A stretch of DNA of 34,587 bases, from positions 2,212,361 through 2,246,947 of the forward strand of contig NC_057718.1 of the NCBI RefSeq assembly GCF_004010195.1, written 5' to 3'. Under the pieces are notes generated by a model. The model saw only the letters and a program-made list of their open reading frames with translations. It searched no databases and was not told the origin of the DNA. Position 1 is the first letter of the stretch. Each line of letters starts with the position of its first letter. Source of the stretch: Chiloscyllium plagiosum. Lineage: Eukaryota. Below, piece by piece: positions 24,118 through 33,647 of the stretch. A program made the position numbers and the translations under genes.

Positions 24118-24292
24118 ATTTCTCCAAAAAGGAGCATTGGGAAAGACTCGGTCATGTTATTGAACCCGGGTTTTGCAAGATAACATCATCTTTAATTCAG
24201 ATTCAACTGGATCGGGCTTTTAACTGAACTGTTGCTTTAGTGGAAAGACATTAGGAAGAGCTGGATTGTAGGTTTGAGAATACGGAGACTTG
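24118..24292 (+). other. Candidate non-coding exon (175 nt)
   Basis: Acceptor tcttttcgtgtttacAG (ends 24117), donor TTG|GTGAGG (24293), downstream G-runs; stops in all three frames. Confidence 0.35.
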
Positions 24293-24459
24293 GTGAGGGG
24301 TCGGGGCTGGGGGGAGCAGTGGGGAGCCTTGTGAACAGGAACAGACAAACCTCAATCTAACCAACCCCAAGCAAGACATGAGATCCAGAACAAACCATCA
24401 GAATGAAAATGAAAAAGCGATTCAATTGAGTGGATTTAACAGAGCGCAGAATAAAGAGA

Positions 24460-25100
24460 CTTTGGAAACAGGAGCAAATTCAGGCTGTTCAGCCCCTCTC
24501 GCCTGCCCCTCCATCCAACACAATCACGGCTGATCTACTGATGTTTCAATCCTCCATTGCCATCTGCTAAGAATCAATCCCCCTCCACCATAAAAATATT
24601 TAAAATCCACATACCCCCACCCCCCCCCCCACCCTCCAGTATTCTGAGGCAGAGAGTCCCAAAGTTACACAACCCCCAGAGAGAGAATTATTCCCCTCCT
24701 CTCTGTTCTGAAAGAGTGATCACAATTTTATATCAGAGCTCTCTGATTCTGGACTGACCCACAAGGGGAAACACTCTTTCCACATCCATCTTGTCAAGCC
24801 CATTCAGGATCTGATGCACTACAATCAAGTCAATCCTCACTCTTTTCAACTCCAATGGGAACAAATCCATCCAACCTTTCCTCAAAAGACAAACCATTCC
24901 TTCCAGGGACTGATCCAATGACCCTCCTCTCAACCACCTCCCTCCTTCTTTCAATAAGGAGACCAACACTGCAATGCCCTGTCCTAACGGAGGCAGAACG
25001 TAAGAAGACCACAAGACATAGAGGCAGAAATTAGCCCATTTAGCCCATTGAGTCTGCTCCGCCATTCAATCATGGCTGATAAATTTCTCAGCCTCATTCT
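24460..25100 (-). mobile_element. Degenerate CR1 3' end plus a second short CR1 tail
   Basis: ORF 24733-25065(-) LELKRVRIDLIVVHQILNGLDKMDVERVFPL; tail-type sequence at 24460-24540 and 24995-25100. Confidence 0.75.
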
Positions 25101-25102
25101 TC

Positions 25103-26313
25103 TTAAACACAGGTGAGGTGCCGGAGGACTGGAGGGTTGCTCATGTTGTATTCCGGGTAACTGCAGACCAGTGAGCCTGACGTCAGTGGTGGGAAAGTTG
25201 CTGGAGAAGGTACGGAGGGATAAAATTTATTTATATTTGGAAAAGAATGGGCTTATCAGTGATAGGCAACATGGTTTTGTGCAGGGGAGATTGTGCCTTA
25301 CCAACTTAATAGAGTTCTTTGAGGAAGTGATCAAGTTGATAGATGAAGGAAGNNNNNNNNNNNNNNNNNNNNNNNNNNNNNNNNNNNNNNNNNNNNNNNN
25401 NNNNNNNNNNNNNNNNNNNNNNNNNNNNNNNNNNNNNNNNNNNNNNNNNNNNNNNNNNNNNNNNNNNNNNNNNNNNNNNNNNNNNNNNNNNNNNNNNNNN
25501 NNNNNNNNNNNNNNNNNNNNNNNNNNNNNNNNNNNNNNNNNNNNNNNNNNNNNNNNNNNNNNNNNNNNNNNNNNNNNNNNNNNNNNNNNNNNNNNNNNNN
25601 NNNNNNNNNNNNNNNNNNNNNNNNNNNNNNNNNNNNNNNNNNNNNNNTGCACAGGTGGATAGAGTGGTCAAGAAGACATATGGTATGCTTACCTTCATCG
25701 GACGGTGTATTGAGTATAAGAGCTGGCAGGTCATTTAAATTTGTACATGACATTGGTTCGGCCACATTTAGAATACTGTGTACAGTTCTGGGCGCCACAT
25801 TACCAAAAGGATGTGGACGCTTTGGAGAGGGTGCAGAGAAGGTTTACGAGGATGTTGCTGGTATGGAAGGTGCTAGCTATGAAGAGAGGTTGAGTAGGTT
25901 AGGATTGTTTTCATTAGAAAAAGGGAGATTGAGGGGGGACCTGATTGAGGTCTTACAGAATCATGAAGGGTATAGACAGGGTGGATAGAGACAAGCTTTT
26001 TCCCAGGGTGAAGGATTCAATAACAAGAGGTCATGCGTTTAAGGTGAGAGGCAAAACGTTTAAGGGAGATATACGCGGAAAGTACTTCATTCAGAGGGTG
26101 GTAGGTGTCTGGAATGTGTTGCCAGCAGAGATAGTAGAGGCAGGCACGGTAGATTCGTTTAAGATGCATCTGGACGGATGCATGAGTAGGTGGGGAGCAG
26201 AGGGACACAGATGCTTAGGAATTGGGCGACAGGTTTAGACAGTAGATTTAGATCGGCTCAGGCTTGGAGGGCCGAAGGGACTGTTCCTGGGCTGCAAATT
26301 TTCTTTGTTCTTT
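25103..26313 (+). mobile_element. CR1 ORF2 RT region to 3' end (gap 25353-25647)
   Basis: [58 protein letters not shown]; tail ttctttgttcttt. Confidence 0.92.
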
Positions 26314-26419
26314 AAATAAACAGCTAGAAATGTTTTAGGCTGAGTGGCCTGTTTCTTAGCTGTTACTTCTACACATCTCTCCACAAGATGGGGAGAAATG
26401 ATTTCCAGCAGTGGGAAAC

Positions 26420-26780
26420 AGGGGGGTGGAGGTGGTTAGGTGGGAAATTGGAAAACATTCCTTCAACATGGAGAAATCTGGACGCTATCTTCTTGAAGAC
26501 TGTCAGTGGTCAGTGAGAATTGGTGAGCGGGATATGTAGGGATGTGAACCCAAGGGAATCAAAGAGGGAATTTGGATTTGGAAAGTGCTGTCTGGCAGAA
26601 TAGTGGAGGCTGATCCCGTTGGAGGTTGCAAACAACTGAAGATATATTTGAAAATGAATGTAAAGGACTATAGAGATAGAGCTGGAGAATGAGACAAGCT
26701 GGATAGTTCTTTCAGGAATTGGTACAGACATGATGGGTTGAATGGCCTCTTTATTGTACTGAACAACTCTATGATTTAAT
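26420..26780 (+). mobile_element. Degenerate CR1 3' UTR fragments
   Basis: acatgatgggttgaatggcctct...actctatgatt tail. Confidence 0.5.
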
Positions 26781-27079
26781 GCATTCCCTACTCACACAGC
26801 ACGGACAATAGATTCTAGGTTCAGACTGAGCTTGATCTAAATACAGAGAGTGTGGCAGAAAGGTGGCAAATGGAATTCAATGTAGCTAAGTGTGAGGTGA
26901 TGGGGTGAAGACTGACGTCATGGGGGGTGTTAATTATGGACAGGGCTTATGCAGGCGCACACAGAAAAAGCAGCATGGCAGTTATTTAAATATTGATAGC
27001 CAGAGTGTGACAGGAAACGCTGAGCACACAAACATTCAACAGAAACTGGAATGATTTTTAAAAACGCAAAATTAACAGC

Positions 27080-27240
27080 TCTTCAAAGCAAATGGTATTC
27101 CAAAAATAAATGAACTAACAGCACAAATAGCAGCTGATGGATATGACCTAATAGCCATGATGGAGGCGTGACCACAATGGAAGCATGGTTATATGGAGAT
27201 CAAAGCTGGGCGCTAAAGTAATATAAGATGGAATAAGCAG
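27080..27240 (+). mobile_element. Decayed CR1 endonuclease N-terminal fragment
   Basis: KINELTAQIAADGYDLIAMME resembles NKADELMAQIIVNDYDVVGITE in the ORF at 33648. Confidence 0.5.
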
Positions 27241-27296
27241 GAAATCATCATGAATCAGATGCTATGGAATCCATATGGGTACATAAGATGCACATA

Positions 27297-27460
27297 GGCA
27301 AGGCTCAATGGTTAGCACTGCTGCCTCCCAGGGGCCTGGGTTCAATTCCAGCCTCAGGCAACTGACTGTGTGGAGTTTGCACATTCTCCCAGTGTCTGCG
27401 TGGGTTTCCTCCAGGTGCTCCGGTTTCCTCCCAAAATCCAAAGATGTGCAGGTTAGATGG
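27297..27460 (+). mobile_element. V-SINE (HE1-like) 5' half
   Basis: ggctcaatggttagcac A-box-like, GGGTTCAATTCC B box, V-domain nearly identical to the 2493-2812 copy. Confidence 0.85.
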
Positions 27461-28256
27461 AGTGGCATTCGGAGTTTAATTTGGATAAATGCAAGCTGTT
27501 ACATTTGGTAAAACACACAACAGCAGGGTTATATAATTAAACATAAGGACCTGGTTAGTTTTAATACAGCAGAGAGACCTCAGGGATCAGGTACATCATT
27601 CTTTGAAGTTTGTATAACACAGACAGGACGGTTAAGGAGGTTATGAGCATGGTTGCCTTTGTAGCTCAGACCTTTGAGTATCGGAGTTGGGACGTCACGT
27701 TGAGGTTGTACAGGACATTGGTAAGGCCCCTTCTGGAGTACTGTGTGTCGTTCTGGTCTCCGTGATATACAAAAGGATATTATTAAGCTGGAGAGATCCA
27801 GCAAAGATTTACTGGGATGTTGCCGGGAATGAAGGGCTTGAGTTAGAAGGACAAGCTGGGTCATTTTTCACTGGAGCGTAGGAGGTTAAGGGGTGACCAT
27901 ATACAGGTTTATAAAGTCATGAGAAGTGAATGGCAGGATGTCTTTTCCCTAGGGTGAGGGATTTCAAGATTGGGGGTATATTTTTAAGGTGAGAGCAGCA
28001 TGATTTTAAAAAGACATGAGGTGCAACGTTTTTACACAGAGGGTGGTTTGTGTGTGGAGTGAACTGCCTGAGGAAGTGGTGGATGCAGGTACAGTTACAA
28101 CATTTAAAATACATTTGGATAGCTACCTGAATAGAAAAGGTTTGGAGGGATATGGGCAAGGAGCGGACAGGTGGGACTTGTCTAGTTTGGGGTTATGATC
28201 GGGAATGGACTGGTTGGACCGAAGGGTCTGTCTCCATGCTGTGTGACTGTATGATC
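27461..28256 (+). mobile_element. CR1 3' end
   Basis: EFNLDKC, LYRTLVRPLLEYCVSFWSP, FTQRVVCVWSELPEEVV; tail ctgtgtgactgtatga. Confidence 0.88.
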
Positions 28257-28434
28257 CTAAAGTGAAAGGTCCTCTAATTATCCACCTCTCTTCTGTACTC
28301 TTGTTCACACCCAGATGTAAACAGGGACAGAGCATGTGATCTGCATTTTCCTGTAAAATCAGTGCCTACTGCAGTTCAGTGGGTCAGTAAACTCTGGCTA
28401 ATTATGGCAGAGATTCCGGTACAACTTTATTTTA

Positions 28435-28655
28435 GTAAAACAAAGTGCAGATGCTGGAGATCTGAAACAGGCAAATATTGCTGGAGAAGCTCAGCAGGTC
28501 TGGCAGCATCCGTGGAGAGAAAGCAGAGTTAATGTTTCAGATCAAGTGAGGTCCAGGATTGCTCCGAAGAAGGGTCACTGGACTCGAGATGTTAAGTCTG
28601 TTTCTCTTTCCAAAGACGTTGCCAGACCTGATGTGCATCCCCAGCAACTTCAGCT
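28435..28655. mobile_element. Old fold-back PLE pLTR insertion (family B)
   Basis: ttgctggagaagctcagcaggtctggcagcatc pairs with gacgttgccagacctgatgtgcatccccagcaa; degenerate hammerhead at ~28565-28593. Confidence 0.7.
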
Positions 28656-29359
28656 TGATCTTAAACTGCTTTGAATTCGTTAGCCATTATATAAATCTGC
28701 TTCAGACACGGTGCCCACCAATTTGAAGGGTTACCGGTGATGCCCATCTATGCTCTGGTGATAGTGATGGTGCCCAATGCTACACCTGTTTTTCCAAGCA
28801 CAATTAACATTGAACTGCCAAACAAACACATCCTGAGGAAGGGGATTACAACGTCGCTGGGAGTGAGAAACAGGCGGATCTTTTGTGATCTAGTCATGGT
28901 ACTCTGCACAACCAATCATCTCCCAGTTGGGATGGGGGATTCAGGTGCAGTGAATGGAAGGGTTTCACAAACGGTCCCTCAAATCACTCACAGACAAAAT
29001 GAGATCCCTCTGACTCTTTTTGCTGTAATAGGTGAACACAGAAATAATTCAGGAAGGCTACCCATCCTGCAGATGAAGTCACAGATTCCCATTTTTATAA
29101 AAACCAGCAGTTTGCCTTGTGAGCTTCCTGATGAGTCAGGTACTAAAACTGAAGTGGTGAAGTGATGATGAGTCATGTGACACATTGCCTGATTAAAGTG
29201 GAAGCCTTACAATCTCTTAATTATTTAAAAAAACTCTTAAAACGTTCTTACATTCTTCCTTAGAAAATAAAACTTGGTTTGGTTCGACAAAGATTTCCTA
29301 ATTTGATCTGTTTGTGCTCAGACCTTAGAGGGACTGGTAACAATGTTGGACAGCATCTT

Positions 29360-29540
29360 CCAAACTGACAACCACCACCATCTCAACACGGAGGTCACCC
29401 TAGCACCAGAGGACATTCGGATTATGCTCTCGTTATATAGAGAGACACAACTTGTTTGGGGGGGGAGGGGGTGGAGTTAACCTGAGGGTCACTTCAGGCG
29501 AGGGGAGAGGTTGAAAAAGTAGGACCTTTGTGGTAACGTT
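29360..29540 (-). mobile_element. Probable SINE/LINE 3' fragment, family uncertain
   Basis: Minus strand caacctctcccctcgcctgaagtgaccctcaggttaa, recalled as a common elasmobranch interspersed repeat; single copy here. Confidence 0.35.
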
Positions 29541-29574
29541 ATCTCAAAATGGTTTTCACTGCATTGAAACTGTT

Positions 29575-29945
29575 CCAGAGGGACAAGGGCAGCAGGTACA
29601 TGGGAACACCACCCCCTGCAAGCTGCCCTCAGAGCCATACATCATCCTGACTTGAAATATATCGCCACTCCTTCACTGTCGCTGGGTCAAAATCCTGGAA
29701 TTCCCTCCTTAAGAGCATTGGGGGCTAATCCATTTTTATTCACTCATGGGATGTGGGCATCACCAGCTGGGCCAGTGTTTCTTACCAATTTTTTGTTTCC
29801 TTGGAGAAGGTACATACAGTGATGGTCATGGGTTTGCAGTGGTTCAAGAAGGCAGCCTCCCACCATCTGAAATAGGGTAAGTAGGGATGGGCAATAAATA
29901 CTGGGCCCAGCCAGTGACACCTGCAGCCTACCAGGGAATAAAAAA
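29575..29945 (+). mobile_element. 3' end of the second LINE family with an inverted tail fragment inside it (29733-29810)
   Basis: ggacaagggcagcaggtacatggga is the reverse complement of 13017-13041; ends gggatgggcaataaatactggg...gaataaaaaa. Confidence 0.7.
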
Positions 29946-30409
29946 CTACTCAGTGTTGATGTCAGACTTCAGTGCAACACACCAGATTCCGTAAGATTAG
30001 TTTTGTATTGTAACAGCAATAACCATGTGGTAACAGCAGCTCTGCTGAAATATTCACTAGGTTATTCACCCTATAGATGATGCCAAATTTCCTGAGTATT
30101 TCTGACACTTTCTATTCTCATTTCCGGTTGCCAGTATCTGCAGTATTTTCTATTAGCAGTGTCTGCAGCAGTAAGTGATTCCGGCTGTAACGGTTTTAAT
30201 CTTTTAAAAGCATTTCGATATAAATATATTTCAAAATTCACCCGAGGTATTTCATGTGTCTGTTTTCCCAACTTCCCCCTTTGTGTTTCCGTTCTCAACA
30301 ATTCCTGTCAGAGGTTGAGACCCAGTGCTGTGTTTACGGCACCGTCTCCTGCTCAAATGCACGTTTGCTCTTAAACTCTTACTTTATTTTTTGTCTTGGT
30401 GTGTTCAGT

Positions 30410-30850
30410 TATAAGAATGTAAGAACTAGGAGCCACAATAGATTACCCTACATGTGGAAACATCCTCTTTACATGTACTTTGTAAACCCTCTTTAGCATC
30501 TTCTGTCCCTCAACTAAATCTCCTCCCTTCTGAACCCCAAAAAGTATTGGCCTCAACTGCTCAACCTCTCTTCATACGACAAAACCACTCATCTCTCGAA
30601 CCAATCTAGTGACCCTCCTCTGAACGGCCTCCAATACAACTACATCCCTCCTTAAGTAGGAATGCGGTCTCACTAACGTCTTGTACAATTGCAGCAATAC
30701 TTACCTACTTTTATACTTAATCCCTTTAGCAATAAATTTGCCATCCATATTACTTGTTGTCTCTGCACACTAATCTTCTGTGATTCATACACAAGGACAC
30801 CCAGATCCCTCTGCACCAAAGCACTCTGCAGTTTCTCTCCATTTCAATAA
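30410..30850 (-). mobile_element. Degenerate CR1 3' fragment
   Basis: ataagaatgtaagaactaggagc tail; aggacacccagatccctctgcac (VQRDLGVL on minus strand). Confidence 0.7.
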
Positions 30851-30884
30851 GAAGTCCAAGAAAAATCAGAAGAACAGAAACGTG

Positions 30885-31297
30885 AGGTCTTACCTTAACC
30901 ATGAGGATAGATTGGAGCAGGTGGGACTATTCTCTCAGAGAAGAGATTAGCAAAAAGCTATCAAGTTCAAGAGTGGGCTGGACAGATTAGATAGAGAGAA
31001 ACTGTTCCTGTTTGTAAAAGGAACAAGATCACAAGGGTGTTGTTTTAAAGTGTGGTGTACAAGCAGCAAGGGTGATGTGAGGAAAAAAAACTTTTCACCC
31101 AGCAAGCCATCAGGGTCTGGAATACCCAAACTGGTAATGAGGCAGAGGCAGGTTCCATTCAGGCATTCAAGAGGGGCTTTGGATAATGATTTTGAAAGAA
31201 TTGGTGTGCCGAGATATGGGGAAAAGGCAGGAGATTGGCACTGGTTGATAGACCCAGGCTGGTAGGAGGGGCTGAGGACTGTAACAATTCTGTGATT
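30885..31297 (+). mobile_element. Degenerate CR1 3' end
   Basis: gaggatagattggagcaggtgggactattctc (EDRLEQVGLFS), ttttcacccag, ATTCTGTGATT tail. Confidence 0.7.
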
Positions 31298-32149
31298 TAG
31301 CTCTGAGGCCTCATGAGTTCCCCCAGCTCAGTTTCCCTGGTCACTTTGGGCAGAGTGGGGTCCACAGTGGACACACACCTATTGGGTTACAAGAAGCAAC
31401 TGCTTTGCAGGGTGAAGGAGACTCAGAAGCTGACTGGTTGCAGAGGCCCAGGAGTGGAGCCGTTGTCTACTGACCACAAGGCTGTCTGAGTTCCCCAAAC
31501 TGAGGGGCTGCATTTCACCAAGACCTACCCTCAGAGGTAGGGGCAGAGGCAGAAGGGTCAGTGTGGGATTGTGGGATGACTTGTGGTAGTAGACAGGTTT
31601 CCAATGAGGAAGGCAGACAATGAGAGACCTCACACATCAGCCAAGGGTCATTGAGTGAGGCTGCCAACATTCTGTTGATTACAGAGAGCCCACCCACCCC
31701 CTCTCCTTTGGAGCTCACCAACTTCACAGACACTGACACCCCCACACACCCCCACCACATGCTTCAGGGATCTTGTGATTCACGTGGTGTGCACACCCAG
31801 GGGCACAATTCCAGGGGAGCCTTGTAACCAGCCTGTCTTGATACCTGGTCGTTTCCACATCCGATCTTTTTCCAAGATCAGTATCAAACTCTATCCTGCT
31901 CCCCTACCCTCCTGGTGAAAATCGGATCATACAGGGCCCTCAAAACCAAAAGTGGGAACATGCCATCACTTGAGCTCCCCAACAGGACAGTGAAAATGGA
32001 ACCTAACTCTAGAGATGTGGGCAAGGCTAGTGAGGGGGCAATAAGAGGCCATTTGGGAAAGCTGCTGTCACTCACTTTGGTTGTAAGCATAAAAAAAGCA
32101 GGAAACCTGTTTATGTTTCTCTTCGAAGAGACTTGGGTTTAGTTATATA

Positions 32150-32575
32150 AGGAATGCAGAAAGTTAGCCTGAGATACAACAAGTAGCAAGGAAAACAAAT
32201 GGGAAAAAAGGCCCTTACTGAAAAGGAATTGGGATATAACTGAAGAGAATGTTGGTGCAGTTCTCCAGGGTCTCAGGTGAGTCCATATCTGAGTGGTTGG
32301 TATTGGTCAGCAGTTTTAAGGAAGATATACCTGCTCGAGAGGCATTATTGTAAAGGTTCACTAGATTAATGTCCAAGGGTCATCCTGTGACGAGGGAGTA
32401 AGTAAACCAGGCTGATATTTCGCACTCTTCTAAAGGCCAGAGAATAAGAGACTCTGAAGGGAATGGATAGGATCAGTGCCAAGAAAACACTCCCTCTTAG
32501 CTGGGGACTTGGGAACAAAGGGGTGCAATCTCAGGGTCAGGGGACAGTTAGTTAGGAATGAGAGGGACAAAATTA
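32150..32575 (+). mobile_element. Very degenerate CR1 RT C-terminus
   Basis: caacaagtagcaaggaaaacaaatgg (QQV.RK.NG), aggttcactagattaat (RFTRL). Confidence 0.55.
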
Positions 32576-32577
32576 CT

Positions 32578-33075
32578 TAGAGTCATAGAGTCATAGAGAA
32601 AAAAGTCCATCCATGCTAACCCCATTTCCCTGTACTTGGTCCATATTCTTTTAATCCTTTCCTATCCTTGTATTTGTCCAAATGCTGTTAATGCACCTGC
32701 CTCAACCATTTCTACTGGCAGCTCATTCCATATGCGTACCACCCTCTGTGTAAAAGAGTTGCCCCTCAGGTTCCCTTTTATTCTTGAACCTTAAACTGAT
32801 GCTCTCTAGTCCTTGATTCCCCAACCTTGGGAAAAAGTCTGAATGCACTCACCCTATCCATGCCTCTCATCAAACAATACACTTCAATAAGATCCCCCCT
32901 CAGTCCCCTACACTCTAAAGATAAAAGTCCTAGCTTGTCCAATATAACTCAAACCCTTGAGTGCAGGTAACATCCTTGTAAATTTCTTCTGCACTCTTTC
33001 CAGTTTAATAACATCCTTCCTAAAACAAAACCAAACACAATACTCCAAGTGCGGCCTCACTACCTGTACAACTGC
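32578..33075 (-). mobile_element. CR1 3' end abutting the young element
   Basis: [31 protein letters not shown] in ORF 32908-33342(-); (CTATGACT)2 tail at 32581-32596. Confidence 0.88.
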
Positions 33076-33078
33076 ACC

Positions 33079-33630
33079 ATGGTGCAGAAGGCCATTCAAG
33101 AGGGGGGAGCTAATAGACAAGTAGTGGTTATAGGGGATTCTATAATTAGGGGGACAGATAGTATCCTTTGCAAGCCGGATCGGGAGTCTCGCATGGTGTG
33201 TTGCCTCCCCGGTGCCAGGGTGCGAGACATCTCCGACCGGCTTGAAAGGATATTGGAGCGGGAGGGGGAGGATCCAGTTGTTGTGGTCCACATTGGTACC
33301 AACAACATAGGCAAGACTAGGGTGGAGGACCTGTTTGGGCATTATGAAGCACTAGGCAAGAAATTGAAGCACAGGTCCTCAAGGGTCATAATCTCCGGAT
33401 TACTGCCCGAGCCACGTGCCAATTGGCATAGGGACAAGAAAATTAGGCAAGTAAACACGTGGCTAAGGGATTGGTGTGGGAAAGAGGGATTCCACTTCAT
33501 GGGGAATTGGCATCAGTTTTGGAACAGGGGGGATCTGTACCATTGGGACGGTCTCCACCTGAACCGATCAGGTACCAATATTCTAGCGAAGAGGATAAAT
33601 AGGATGGTCAGTAGGACTTTAAACTTCTGA
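33079..33630 (+). CDS. CR1 ORF1p C-terminal SGNH/GDSL esterase domain (N-terminus missing)
   Basis: Block I VVVIGDSIIRG, block II CLPGAR, block III VVVHIGTNNI, block V DGLHLN; ends RTLNF*. Confidence 0.9.
   Translation: MVQKAIQEGGANRQVVVIGDSIIRGTDSILCKPDRESRMVCCLPGARVRDISDRLERILEREGEDPVVVVHIGTNNIGKTRVEDLFGHYEALGKKLKHRSSRVIISGLLPEPRANWHRDKKIRQVNTWLRDWCGKEGFHFMGNWHQFWNRGDLYHWDGLHLNRSGTNILAKRINRMVSRTLNF
33618..33624 (+). promoter_or_regulatory. Candidate -1 ribosomal frameshift heptamer T_TTA_AAC
   Basis: In phase with ORF1 codons (ACT TTA AAC TTC TGA); -1 frame is closed by TAG at 33612-33614 and open from 33615 into ORF2. Confidence 0.5.
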
Positions 33631-33647
33631 GTGGGGGGGAAGGGAAA

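Noticed and set aside
26913..26920. Full CRE TGACGTCA (another at ~25178)
   Set aside because: Isolated 8-mers, one of them inside CR1 coding sequence.
28737..29165. 142-aa ORF
   Set aside because: No domain similarity that I recognise; the region is better explained as regulatory or neutral.
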